DNA of 44,883 nucleotides from a virus. Taxonomy: Duplodnaviria; Caudoviricetes. A program made the translations under genes and the position numbers. Under the pieces are notes generated by a model. It was not told the DNA's origin. It worked only from the letters and a program-made list of their open reading frames with translations, and did not search any database. This document shows positions 28,135 through 38,242 of this stretch, piece after piece (position 1 is the first letter of the stretch; every line of letters starts with the position of its first letter). Where the stretch lies: the IMG/VR virus record IMGVR_UViG_3300029179_000004, positions 1 through 44,883 of that record. One strand, 5' to 3'.

Positions 28135-28828
28135 GACCTTCGATTTTTTAGCAACAGGCATCGCTCTAAGAGCGCACAGAATCGTTCCATTAGACGAAGG
28201 GAGATTGAGGAACAGTCCGCTCACTTTGTTTCGCGGGAAGCTTCCAAAGATTTCGCGTCTTGGTCAACTTGGAACGTATCAAGATGGTCAGCGACTGGGA
28301 ACAGCGTACCCGACGCCATTTGTCGCTGGGAAACTGTTAAGACAAAAAGTAAGGAGATTGAAGTGTAGCGATGGGGTGGCCAGATTTAGAGTCGGTATTC
28401 GATATGTCGAGAATCTCGGCTTGAACGTTTACGCGAACGTGCCGCTCGTGGGTTTTGAGCCAACGGGTTTTGAGTATGTTGGCACGTATGAGGTTCCTTA
28501 TCCAGGCACAATGAGTTTGAACGTTACGTCAACGAGCTTTGGAGATCCTTTGAATATTGGATCGTCCGGCCGAGGATCAGCATCGTTGACATTCACAACG
28601 ACCGACCCAAGGCCAAACGATCCGTACTCCCCACAAGGCATTGAGACGACGTTGTCATTAGTCTCACTAGGGCGAGGGTACGATTTTTTGTATCCCGGCA
28701 TCGTTGAGACAGTTGAAGAAAGCAGTGGTTGCCCTGTCGTTTATCGCTCAAGGCTTTGGCTCGCTGCTTATCATATCGGGGTTCTGCGATACAATCTCAG
28801 TATCCTTTTAGTGATTGAGGAGGTTTAG
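28067..28828 (+). CDS. Hypothetical protein, last gene of the tail block
   Basis: 253-aa ORF co-oriented with the tail genes. Confidence 0.55.
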   Translation: MSARTQTKRESTLAVQLNQTVPKTFDFLATGIALRAHRIVPLDEGRLRNSPLTLFRGKLPKISRLGQLGTYQDGQRLGTAYPTPFVAGKLLRQKVRRLKCSDGVARFRVGIRYVENLGLNVYANVPLVGFEPTGFEYVGTYEVPYPGTMSLNVTSTSFGDPLNIGSSGRGSASLTFTTTDPRPNDPYSPQGIETTLSLVSLGRGYDFLYPGIVETVEESSGCPVVYRSRLWLAAYHIGVLRYNLSILLVIEEV

Positions 28829-28963
28829 ATAATCGGTTGACCAGGAGTCGTTCTCTGTAATCGCTCTTTGATCCTAGAGAGATCTCGAAGCCGTGAAAAC
28901 GACGATTGTTAAACAGGGGATCTGCGAAGATCAGGTCGACACTTCCGTATCCCCTGAATGCAA

Positions 28964-29230
28964 TCAATGTTTTCGATCATCAGCATGCCACAATTCTTGT
29001 TTAAGTCTCGCTCGTTGGATGAGCACTTCTAGCTTTTCGTCTGACCCTGGTAGGGTTTCAGTGGGTTCCGGTTTGTTTGCTTCTCCGAAAAAATCTAACA
29101 CACCGCGACGGCTATAAATCCCGATGGTGGGATACAAGTCACGCACACCGGGAGTATAATAGCATTTGAAACATAATTGCCGAGGGCGATTGCTGAACTT
29201 AACGTTGCAATGCTGACACATGAGTCTCAT
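28964..29230 (-). CDS. Small Zn-finger-like protein resembling a Gemmataceae family
   Basis: AAGGAGG RBS before ATG 29230; CQHC...RPRQLCFKCYYTPGVRDLYP...PGSDEKLEVL...LWH; family link is from memory. Confidence 0.75.
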   Translation of the reverse strand: MRLMCQHCNVKFSNRPRQLCFKCYYTPGVRDLYPTIGIYSRRGVLDFFGEANKPEPTETLPGSDEKLEVLIQRARLKQELWHADDRKH

Positions 29231-29247
29231 CCTATGCCTCCTTATGC

Positions 29248-31899
29248 TTAACCGCAACCGGTGTTGTATCCGCAATTACTACATGTCAAGCAATTCCCTG
29301 TCAGATGCAATGGTACAGAAACTCCGAGATTTCCGCAATTAGGACACAACTTAGATCCCTGCATCTTAACAGGAATAGAGTCACTGGAAGTTTGGTATCT
29401 GTAAAGCATATGCTGAGCAATATAATCGATTACAGAGTTTGCTGTTTTAATCGCAGGATGATCCTGAACTAACCCATTCGGAGGAAACTCAATATAACGG
29501 AAAGCCGAAATCAGTTTTTCCAGAGGGACGCCGTATTGAATTGCGATTGACCAAAGTTTGCAATAAGCGTCAATCATGCCGTGAGCGAAGGAGCCAGCTT
29601 TGCCCATCTTGGCCCAAATCTCCGCTGGAGTCGAGTTATCATAATGGCCGACAGTAAGAGCAATCTCACTTCCGCCAATACCGCACACAGTCGTTTCGGA
29701 TTGCCTCACTGATTTGGGGCGCTTCTGAAGCAGGGGGATTTTGATTGGATCGAACTTTGCCGAATCAAAAGCCGCAGTTAACTTGCTCAAAGTAGGTTCT
29801 GTTTTCTTCACTGCATTCATGGGCTGACTAAACTTACATCCGTCTCGGTAGATAGAAACCGCTTTGACCTCAAGTTCCCAGCACATTTGTATAATATCTT
29901 TTACATCGTTGTCGGTTGCGCTTTCAGGAAGATTGATTGTCTTCGACGCTGCTCCGCTCATATGAGGCTGAACCGCGGCTAGCATTTTAACGTGAGCTTG
30001 CCAAGACAAAGGATTTTTTCCGAACGACGTCTGGAACACTTTGTCATGCTCTGGGTTCGATAAGGGTGGAAGTTCTCCAGTTCTCTCAAGTGTGTTGATA
30101 TACTCCTTACGATCTCTTTCACTATATCCCAATGCTTGAAGACCCGAATCAACGGACTGATTTACGATGGTCAGAGACCCGCCCCCACTCAGTTGTTTGT
30201 GGATTAACAATGCGAGAGCCGGTTCAATCCCGGTTGTATCGCAATCAAGTGCGAAACTGATCGTGCCCGTCGGAGCCAAGAGCGAAACTTGCGCGTTTCG
30301 AATACCGTGCCGAAGACTTAAGTCAGCGGCTCTTTCAGCAGAGTCGACAACGATCTTGGCAAAATCTGGGCCCAAGGGTGAAAGATCCGTGGATTTGAAA
30401 ATATTTCTCGCAGCTTCTAAATGCATTCCTATTACTTTCAGAACGTACGTGCGATTCTTTTGAAACCATTGAGGCGTAGAAGCTCTTTTCTTACATTCAT
30501 TAGCAGAGTAAGTATAAGCGGTCGACGTGATCAAGGACATGAGAGCCGCAGCGACAGAACGGCCTTCGTCACTATCATAAGCCAGACCCATGTGCATCAG
30601 CAATGCACCTAAGTTCGTGTAGCCGAGACCGAGCGTGCGATAGTACACGGACCGCTCGGACATCTCTTTAGAAACATAACCAGCCATGTCGACAGTGATG
30701 TCCAAGACGCGTGTGAGCAACTGAATCGCTTCAATATAACCTTTGGTGTCGAACGTTTTTGTATGTCGATTCCAGAACTTGAGCAGATTAATGCTACCAA
30801 GATTGCAAGCGGTATTATTTAGATAAAGGTACTCCGAACAAGGATTGCTCGCGGCGATCGGTCCTTCTTTCGGAGTTGTATGCCACTTAGCAATATGATC
30901 AGAGAAGTGTACCCCTGGATCAGCACACGCCCATGCCGCATATGCGATCTGATCGAAGAGATCTTTCTTTTTGACACTCTTGACAATCCGATGATCCTTT
31001 CGAGCAAGAAGAGAAAACTCATCATCATCTTTCATCTGCATGAATGAGTCGGGGATTCGGACACTGTTATTGGCGTTCTGTCCCGAGACAGTTTGATAAG
31101 CCTCGCTGTCAAAGTCGTACGTGAACGAAGGCAAGTTCATTGACGGCCAAGGACAGTCGGGAGGGTTAAAGTGCTTCTGGCCTTCGACGAGCACTTGCAC
31201 TTTTTTCTGTTCACGGAGTTTGAAGCCGATAAAATCTTCGACCTCGGGATGATCCAGATCGCAGATGCGCATGCACGCGCTTCGACGAGTCTCTCCACCT
31301 GATCGGATTTTACCTGCGTTCGCGTCGAGGATTTGCATAAAGCTGAGCATACCAGAGCTCAAGCCTCCACCACTTAACAGCTCATTCTTCCCCCTCAGCT
31401 TCGACAAGTTGCAACCCGAACCGGCGCCATTCCGAAACGCTGTCGTCTCGTTCTGTAACAGGTCCATGATCGATTCAAGCGAGTCTTCGACAGGGAAAAT
31501 GTTGCACGCATGCGCTTGCGGGTACTCATAATTGTTCAGAACAGGTTCGCCTCGATGCCAACCGCCTTTGGCTCCGCCATTGATTCCGTACTTGTCCCAA
31601 AGTCCAACATTGAACCACTGCGGCGAATTCGGAGCAAAAATCTGATTCTCTAATGCTTGCTTCGCTGCCGCTTTGAACTTCGATGACTCTTCAGGCGAAA
31701 GCAACTTATGCTTCAAGCCCGCATTGGTCCAAGCCAATGCTAGCCTTTCATAAATTTGCTCGATGCTAGTTTCTCGCTCCGTGACAGGAACACCTTTTTT
31801 CCTAGCATACTTACTGCCGATGATGAAGACAGCGTTGTCCGACATCCCTTCAGGGGCTAGAATCGAGACGCCTTTGACATCCCTTTGAACGTAATTCAC
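29248..31899 (-). CDS. nrdJ: Class II (B12-dependent) ribonucleotide reductase
   Basis: PNSPQWFN, HAC, catalytic SNPCSEY, ACNLGSINL, APTGTIS, SKTINLP, C-terminal TSCPD-like and Zn-ribbon region; no beta-subunit gene seen. Confidence 0.93.
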   Translation of the reverse strand: MNYVQRDVKGVSILAPEGMSDNAVFIIGSKYARKKGVPVTERETSIEQIYERLALAWTNAGLKHKLLSPEESSKFKAAAKQALENQIFAPNSPQWFNVGLWDKYGINGGAKGGWHRGEPVLNNYEYPQAHACNIFPVEDSLESIMDLLQNETTAFRNGAGSGCNLSKLRGKNELLSGGGLSSGMLSFMQILDANAGKIRSGGETRRSACMRICDLDHPEVEDFIGFKLREQKKVQVLVEGQKHFNPPDCPWPSMNLPSFTYDFDSEAYQTVSGQNANNSVRIPDSFMQMKDDDEFSLLARKDHRIVKSVKKKDLFDQIAYAAWACADPGVHFSDHIAKWHTTPKEGPIAASNPCSEYLYLNNTACNLGSINLLKFWNRHTKTFDTKGYIEAIQLLTRVLDITVDMAGYVSKEMSERSVYYRTLGLGYTNLGALLMHMGLAYDSDEGRSVAAALMSLITSTAYTYSANECKKRASTPQWFQKNRTYVLKVIGMHLEAARNIFKSTDLSPLGPDFAKIVVDSAERAADLSLRHGIRNAQVSLLAPTGTISFALDCDTTGIEPALALLIHKQLSGGGSLTIVNQSVDSGLQALGYSERDRKEYINTLERTGELPPLSNPEHDKVFQTSFGKNPLSWQAHVKMLAAVQPHMSGAASKTINLPESATDNDVKDIIQMCWELEVKAVSIYRDGCKFSQPMNAVKKTEPTLSKLTAAFDSAKFDPIKIPLLQKRPKSVRQSETTVCGIGGSEIALTVGHYDNSTPAEIWAKMGKAGSFAHGMIDAYCKLWSIAIQYGVPLEKLISAFRYIEFPPNGLVQDHPAIKTANSVIDYIAQHMLYRYQTSSDSIPVKMQGSKLCPNCGNLGVSVPLHLTGNCLTCSNCGYNTGCG

Positions 31900-34598
31900 A
31901 GAGTACCTCCTATATATGTTAATAGTTTTGAGTGTTCCATGTTGTAAGGATTAAAAACATAGTTTGTAGTTCTACCTGAGACTGTCCAATAAGCAGTCAG
32001 CGTGCTTTGACATCTTTCATCAGCTCGCAGCCCCGTACTGACGTCCAAGCAGTTAGGCACTTTAAATCGGACAGTCAAAGCGTTCTCTTCTTCGACTTGA
32101 ATGCACTGGCGAGCTAAAAGATCAAAGTCAGTATAGCTAGCCTGAGCGAGTTCATGAGCTCGCAACCAGATGTTGTACGCCAAATGAATGACGCCCATTT
32201 CAATTGGATTTCGACGAGAAGGAGCTGTGATTTCTTGGAGGAAGTTTTCAAACGGGGTCTGAGCCAAGGCTTTGACAAGCCTCTTCGATGCGGTCTCGAA
32301 GACCGGCAACCCGAGACGATTGAACGGGGGCGCGAGTTTCAGATTCAAGATGTGATGCAAGAAAGCTGGTGCTTGTTTTTTCAATTCACGATCGAAGGAT
32401 GTGTCAGGATTCGCGTCGTCTGTGGTCCCTTCGATTGGGGGGACTTGAATGCTCAGGACTCGCTTATCGCGTCCTCCGATTGGAGCGTATTGAGGATTGT
32501 TTGCCGTGTGAATCAGCTTGCTGAAATTCTTGATCTTTCTAACGGGCTTGTGTTTCTCGTTGATCGTCAAATACGGCTCTGTGATGAAGCCTTTGATTTT
32601 CTCAATCACGCCAGGCAAGTTGGCGTTAATTTCGCTGATGACCAAAAACATGGCAGAACCGAGCTCGCCATTGTGATTGCTGTTGAGCGCAAACCCGATA
32701 TCAGAAACGGCTGAGTCACTGACAAAATAAGTCAAGCTGTTGACGAAGGTGCTCTTCCCTGTGTTGTTCTCCCATGACCAAAAGAACAGACACGGCAATC
32801 GCACATCAGATTGCCGAACAGCAAAAGCAATCCAATGTTGCAGATAATCGGAGCCGTCTAAGATGTTGTTGCGGGCACAGAAGTCATTAGCTTTCACATA
32901 TTGATCGAGACCCGATCCAAGATGTTTGTAGAGTGCCGACCAAGCAGGGAAATGGCCTTCTTGCGGTGTTACTACAAACTGAGGCGCATAAGGATTCCAT
33001 TGACGCCCCGGTAGTTCCTCAGGTTCAAAGGGTTTATAAACTAAAGTGTATGGGTTACTGTGGCAATGACTGATGAAAACATTTGATTCTTGAAGCGTAA
33101 GCCCTAGAGCTGCGAGATTGGTTTTTATATCAGAGATAGACAGATTGATCCACGACCTATCTGTCTGTTGAAGATACCAAGATCCGGACTTGATATCTTT
33201 CGAATCAAAGACAGCAAAACGGATATGGTCAAGGCTCACAATCTTTTGTGGGATCTTTTGTTCCGCAACAAACCCGACTCCCCTTTTTTTTATGAAACCC
33301 GGCAGTGCATAAACAGTGTCTCCTTTCACCGAGTCGATCGTGATAGTGACACAACCTTTCGAATTTTTCGCGAGGCGGGCCAATCGAGTCAGATATTGAC
33401 TTTTGACGTCGACCACAACGCCCATATACTTCAGGGCCTGAACGGCATCCGATGCTACCCTGAAAGTGAAAAGATCTTCTGAGCATTGCTCACCCAACAG
33501 ACTACACGCGTCGAAGAAAGACAGATGCTGATCGAGCGTGCAATACGCGAACCCTTGGGCTGAAGTCTTCCACGTTTTTTCTTCTGACGTCGATCCGAAA
33601 CGGTGCACACTCCATCCCAAGTCAGATTCTGGGAAGAAGAAACAATTGGCATTACGCCTATCCGTCCCCGGAGATGCAGTCTTAAAACATCCTTTTAAAT
33701 TGAGATACTCGTGGGCTTCAGCCAGATCACACGTATGGCAATGAAACCGCTTCGATTGCTCGTCATAATGAAAGCATAAACTATATTTCCTCAGCCACGA
33801 AATCAAATCCTTTTGAGATTGGGACATTTTCAATTCGGAAAGGCTGTTCAGGAACTGGATGCAGTCGACGGGGCTCTGGTCGACGGGGCTCTGGTCGACG
33901 GGGCTCTGGTCGACGGGGCTCTGGTCGACGGGGCTCTGGTCGACAACTGTGGATGAGCTCAATAACGACACAAGAGGCATGCCTTGAGAGAGGAGTTGAA
34001 ACGAATGTTCTCTTGGAGTGCGGGTCCAAATCCAACCGATAAGACCGTAACAGTCAACATAGTCAGAGAAAACCCAACGTCCCTTCGAGACCTGAAGTAA
34101 CTCTGAATGAATCAACGAACGGACTCGCCCGGCAATTTTACGATGCTCAGATTGCGTGTTGGCTGTAACAGGTTTATCGAAGTGGACATAAATATGAAGC
34201 CCCTTCCCGTGCGTGGATCGGCATACTGTCAACCAAGGCACACTCGCCAAAGCCTTCGCAAGTTCATGCGTCAGCTCTGACGAGAGGCTCTTTTTATGCG
34301 CATGCGATTCGGCGCTGTCAATGTCAAAGAAAACATACCTCGAACACTTGTGGATGTAGTCCCAACCTGAAAAGCCGATGTAGGACGCAAGCCCCACATC
34401 AAACAAAAGTTCCTTGTCCTGCGCTTCAGAATTCAACCGGATATTGTACTGCACAACATCGTCTCGCGGAGCACATAAGATTTGTACTTCCATCCCCGCC
34501 GTATAAGGCAACACAACCGGATTCGATCCAAGGACAGACCCTCGATTCAAAAAATTCGACAACGCTTCAGATACTCGCATGAGCCCTTCCTTTTTCAA
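31896..34598 (-). CDS. Primase-helicase (AEP-like N-terminus, P-loop helicase C-terminus)
   Basis: FFDID, STHGKGLHIY, Walker A NNTGKSTF, INEKHKP, HTANN. Confidence 0.8.
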   Translation of the reverse strand: MKKEGLMRVSEALSNFLNRGSVLGSNPVVLPYTAGMEVQILCAPRDDVVQYNIRLNSEAQDKELLFDVGLASYIGFSGWDYIHKCSRYVFFDIDSAESHAHKKSLSSELTHELAKALASVPWLTVCRSTHGKGLHIYVHFDKPVTANTQSEHRKIAGRVRSLIHSELLQVSKGRWVFSDYVDCYGLIGWIWTRTPREHSFQLLSQGMPLVSLLSSSTVVDQSPVDQSPVDQSPVDQSPVDQSPVDCIQFLNSLSELKMSQSQKDLISWLRKYSLCFHYDEQSKRFHCHTCDLAEAHEYLNLKGCFKTASPGTDRRNANCFFFPESDLGWSVHRFGSTSEEKTWKTSAQGFAYCTLDQHLSFFDACSLLGEQCSEDLFTFRVASDAVQALKYMGVVVDVKSQYLTRLARLAKNSKGCVTITIDSVKGDTVYALPGFIKKRGVGFVAEQKIPQKIVSLDHIRFAVFDSKDIKSGSWYLQQTDRSWINLSISDIKTNLAALGLTLQESNVFISHCHSNPYTLVYKPFEPEELPGRQWNPYAPQFVVTPQEGHFPAWSALYKHLGSGLDQYVKANDFCARNNILDGSDYLQHWIAFAVRQSDVRLPCLFFWSWENNTGKSTFVNSLTYFVSDSAVSDIGFALNSNHNGELGSAMFLVISEINANLPGVIEKIKGFITEPYLTINEKHKPVRKIKNFSKLIHTANNPQYAPIGGRDKRVLSIQVPPIEGTTDDANPDTSFDRELKKQAPAFLHHILNLKLAPPFNRLGLPVFETASKRLVKALAQTPFENFLQEITAPSRRNPIEMGVIHLAYNIWLRAHELAQASYTDFDLLARQCIQVEEENALTVRFKVPNCLDVSTGLRADERCQSTLTAYWTVSGRTTNYVFNPYNMEHSKLLTYIGGTL
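33864..33944. repeat. Perfect 15-bp minisatellite x5.4 encoding (SPVDQ)n in the primase linker
   Basis: gtcgacggggctctg repeated five times plus gtcgac. Confidence 0.95.
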
Positions 34599-34627
34599 TA
34601 AAAACTTTTTACGCCTTCCGTCCTTAC

Positions 34628-34704
34628 ACTCTACCCGAATTAAAAAGCACAGTCAAGAGAATTTTTTTTTTTCTCTTGACTGTGCACGAAGCATCGCGTA
34701 TTAT
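34628..34704. promoter_or_regulatory. Mirror-image divergent promoters within a 15-bp inverted repeat
   Basis: GCACAGTCAAGAGAA-T9-TTCTCTTGACTGTGC; plus TTGACT-17-TATTAT, minus TTGACT-17-TAGAGT. Confidence 0.8.
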
Positions 34705-34791
34705 AGTTGAGTCTGAAGACGCGGTCAGTCCTGCTCGCAGTCAGGCATCGCGTTCTTTTAATTTAGGACAACAAGAAAGAAGGTTCAAGAG

Positions 34792-35580
34792 ATGATTGAC
34801 AAAAACGAAACACACGAGAATGACACGTTTGATGACACAGAAAAAGACTTTTCATTTGAGGTAGTCAACCCGCTTGACACGTTGATGAGAGTCATGGAAG
34901 AGAATAAACCCGAGCAACGCCTGGGAGTCTTTCTGCCTCGCTTGACAATCATCTCAGGCATGAGCAAAATCCTCAGCGATCCGCGTTATAAACGGACCGT
35001 TTTTCCTGGGGATATCGGCGTCGTTTCACGTAACCCTGAGTATAACGCGAACGCAAACAACAATCAGACCCCTTCTTGGGTCTTTAACGTCATTCCTCAC
35101 ACAGGACGATTCCTCGTCTTCGGCGGACACGAGATGGCGGGGGAAACTGAAGGAACTTCGGTCACGACATACTCAGATCGAAAGTCGCAGCGATTCCTCG
35201 AAATCAAAGCCGCTTGCCCGATCAAGGGAAAAGAACGTTGGCCGACTGATCTCTTTTTCGGGGTCAATTACCCCCTCTTTTTCCCTGATCAAAAAGTCGT
35301 CGTGCAATGGCACGCTAAATCAAAGTCAGCAGGAGTTTCAGCCTCTGAACTGGAGAAACACGAACGAAAGGGCTGGTTCTCGTATTCCATCAGTGAAAAA
35401 GTAGGAGCAACAGGCAAGCCTTATCACTCCCTTAAGTTCGAAAAGCAATCCTGGAGACACAAGTTCAACGACGAACTGAAAGACCTTACCTGGTTCATCA
35501 ATGCATTCTGGGGGAATACGGGCCAAGTAATTAACATCAACGAATCACAAACAAAGCAATATTTGGAATCGATCCAATGA
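34792..35580 (+). CDS. Hypothetical replication-module protein (possible ssDNA-binding protein)
   Basis: First gene of the replication operon; acidic N-terminus, FLPRLTI motif; function inferred from position only. Confidence 0.55.
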   Translation: MIDKNETHENDTFDDTEKDFSFEVVNPLDTLMRVMEENKPEQRLGVFLPRLTIISGMSKILSDPRYKRTVFPGDIGVVSRNPEYNANANNNQTPSWVFNVIPHTGRFLVFGGHEMAGETEGTSVTTYSDRKSQRFLEIKAACPIKGKERWPTDLFFGVNYPLFFPDQKVVVQWHAKSKSAGVSASELEKHERKGWFSYSISEKVGATGKPYHSLKFEKQSWRHKFNDELKDLTWFINAFWGNTGQVININESQTKQYLESIQ

Positions 35581-37316
35581 CTCCTTTCCAACAAGACGGT
35601 GGCAAGTTCTACATCGATGATGCCAAGCAATATTTTCTCGTCTCTTGTCGATACGGAACTCCTTCAGTTGCCCGCTTAGTCGACGACCTGGGGGCTAGGT
35701 GGGAATCCTATAGTAAACTGTGGAAAGTTGCCATCAGTCCAAGATCAATCGCCGTGATGGAACACTTAATGCTCGGGCAATTGCCGAGCAACTCGGTTCG
35801 TCACAATTGGACTCCCACGGTACCTCAGTTGATGCAGCATCAAGCCGAGATTGTAAATTACGCTCTCTCTCACTTGGGCTGCATCATCGCCGCTGAAATG
35901 GGATGTGGAAAAACCTTGGCAGCCTTTGAGATCATGAACTACTTAAAAGGATCCTGGCTGTGGCTGTCTCCGAAATCTATTATCCCGTCCACGCGGCTCG
36001 AAATTCAGAAGTGGGGATTCGATTTTACAGAGTTACGAAACGGCTCTGTATCCTCACGAAGCGACTCTAAGTCACGAAGCGACTCTGTAATTACGTTCTC
36101 GACCTACGACTTCAAATACCATTTACGAGATGCTCCGGTGAATGGCGTTATCTGCGATGAGGCAACCATGGTGAAGAATCCTTCTTCCCAGAGAGCAAAG
36201 AGACTCGTTGAGTTTGTCAACCGGATGCGTCAGTCAAACAAAAATTTCCGCATCTATCTAATGACGGGTACGCCGGCTCCGAAAGATCCGACTGACTTGT
36301 GGCAACTCGTCGAGCTGGCACAACCGGGATTCCTTCGTTACGCAAACAAAAAAAAGTTGCTCCGTCAGTTGGCTCATGTGAGAGATCACACGATGAAACA
36401 CGCATTCGATCTAATCTCAGGATGGAAGATCGACCAAGTCGAAAAATTCGCTCGGGATATCGACCCGATCCGATTCGTCGTACTCGCGAAAGACTGCCTC
36501 GATCTCCCCGAACAGGTTTTCATCACCAGAAGGATCACGCCGTCCAAAGATCTGCTACAACAAGCAAGACTGATCGCCGACACTGTCGTCAATCCTGCTC
36601 ATTGCGCCAATTTGTTAAGGCAAATCTCGGACGGATTCTATTACGTCGACGAGAAAGAAGAATTAGACACGTCACAGACCTGCCCTCTCTGCAAAGACAC
36701 CGGCAGTTACCCTACCCCTGACGGGGTCGCTAATTGCGATTGTCGCTTTACCGGTGCCGTGGTCAAAAAATCTTTCCGTCTTCATTCGAAAAAACTCGAA
36801 GCCCTCGACGAGTGGCTCGTCAAAGCCGAAGAGGACGGACGCATTATCATCTTTGCTCCCTTCATCGAGTCTCTTGACATGATCTGCGAATACCTTCGCT
36901 CTCAAGATTGGGATTTTATCCGACTCGACGGGAAGGGATGGAAAACCTCTCTCGCTTCACACATTCAGACACAGCCTCATGATGGCGCTGCTTTGCTCTC
37001 TCTGTTCCAGCAAAGCTCGAACGGGTCCAGCGAGCAGGGGCGAAAGATCGCGTTCGTCGCTAACCCGGCTTGTGGCGGATTCGGCCTTAACCTTACTGCT
37101 GCCAGAATCACCGTGTTCTACTCGAACAGCTTCCACGGCATACATCGGATGCAAGGAATCAAACGCAATCACCGCATCGGATCTCGCGGATCTACTATCG
37201 TTGACCTTGTTCATCTGGGGGTCGACGATTTGGTTATGAAAAATATCGAAAATAAAATAAGCTTGCAGGCTGTCACCATGAAAGACATTCAGGATGCCTT
37301 AACATCGAAAATATAG
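35577..37316 (+). CDS. SNF2-family (SF2) helicase with a Cys4 insertion
   Basis: AEMGCGKT, ICDEAT, MTGTP, GFGLNLT, QGIKRNHRIG; CPLC...CDC insert. Confidence 0.9.
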   Translation: MTPFQQDGGKFYIDDAKQYFLVSCRYGTPSVARLVDDLGARWESYSKLWKVAISPRSIAVMEHLMLGQLPSNSVRHNWTPTVPQLMQHQAEIVNYALSHLGCIIAAEMGCGKTLAAFEIMNYLKGSWLWLSPKSIIPSTRLEIQKWGFDFTELRNGSVSSRSDSKSRSDSVITFSTYDFKYHLRDAPVNGVICDEATMVKNPSSQRAKRLVEFVNRMRQSNKNFRIYLMTGTPAPKDPTDLWQLVELAQPGFLRYANKKKLLRQLAHVRDHTMKHAFDLISGWKIDQVEKFARDIDPIRFVVLAKDCLDLPEQVFITRRITPSKDLLQQARLIADTVVNPAHCANLLRQISDGFYYVDEKEELDTSQTCPLCKDTGSYPTPDGVANCDCRFTGAVVKKSFRLHSKKLEALDEWLVKAEEDGRIIIFAPFIESLDMICEYLRSQDWDFIRLDGKGWKTSLASHIQTQPHDGAALLSLFQQSSNGSSEQGRKIAFVANPACGGFGLNLTAARITVFYSNSFHGIHRMQGIKRNHRIGSRGSTIVDLVHLGVDDLVMKNIENKISLQAVTMKDIQDALTSKI

Positions 37317-37353
37317 CTCCTAGACAAAACACTCTGATCAACAGGAACTCATT

Positions 37354-37812
37354 GTGATACTACAAAGCGAAATAATCTTTACATCCGCCGGCAAAAACGA
37401 GATCTGGCGTACTCGTAACGATTTTAACAGGACACTGTTCAATGTTGAAACCCTCTGCCCTACTCTATCTCGTCGAACATTCAAGGCCGATAACTCGATA
37501 GATTTCCACGTGGTCTATTCCTCAATTGTGACTATACATAACTGGGTGACAAGCTACGAGCACTCAGTAGTTGAATATCATGTACTACGCCGCCTCCTTG
37601 AATCTATCGAAGCGGATATCCATAATTATCGAGGGGGTATAAGAAATTACGATTATAAGGTAGAGTCCGACTCCGCTTATTGCCTTCATCTACCGTTTGG
37701 TTTAACTGTCTTTATCGAATACCTGGGTGACTATCAAGATCTGCTATTGGGCCATCCGAACATAACGAGTGTGCTCAGGGCTGAATCTCGGCTGTTTTTT
37801 AAGAGCACCTAA
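37354..37812 (+). CDS. Hypothetical protein
   Basis: 152-aa ORF with AGGA RBS. Confidence 0.6.
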   Translation: MILQSEIIFTSAGKNEIWRTRNDFNRTLFNVETLCPTLSRRTFKADNSIDFHVVYSSIVTIHNWVTSYEHSVVEYHVLRRLLESIEADIHNYRGGIRNYDYKVESDSAYCLHLPFGLTVFIEYLGDYQDLLLGHPNITSVLRAESRLFFKST

Positions 37813-37852
37813 AATATAGCGGCGGGAACATATACCTTGAGGACATGGATAA

Positions 37853-38242
37853 ATGCAAAAATATAACTTAGTCTCCACCGAATATTTCGTCGACGTAAAA
37901 GAAACTGGTTACCTAGATCTGTCTGAAGATATCATAGTGTCTAACCTTATGTCGACTTTGAGCCCGGCGATAGAGTCTACTGATGATCCGTTGGGCATGA
38001 CTGAAGGGATGAAAATCATATTCACCCGGATGGCCCGCAATTTTCTAAAATCAGCGACAAGAGTCCACGTATGGGACACCTGCTCAATCTCGTACGCCCC
38101 CGAAGACGACATAGAAATATCCGCAACCTACTCGTACAATTCTGAAAAGAAGTGCTTTGAGTACAACGGAGTTGTCCGCTTTTATACTCGAGAGGAAAGT
38201 TCTGAAAATGACACTGAGAGGTTAAATCATGAAAAGAATTGA
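37853..38242 (+). CDS. Hypothetical protein
   Basis: 129-aa acidic ORF. Confidence 0.6.
   Translation: MQKYNLVSTEYFVDVKETGYLDLSEDIIVSNLMSTLSPAIESTDDPLGMTEGMKIIFTRMARNFLKSATRVHVWDTCSISYAPEDDIEISATYSYNSEKKCFEYNGVVRFYTREESSENDTERLNHEKN

Noticed and set aside
32154-32714. 186-aa plus-strand ORF, and similar antisense ORFs inside nrdJ, polA and tail genes
   Set aside because: Entirely antisense to well-supported genes, with no motifs or RBS
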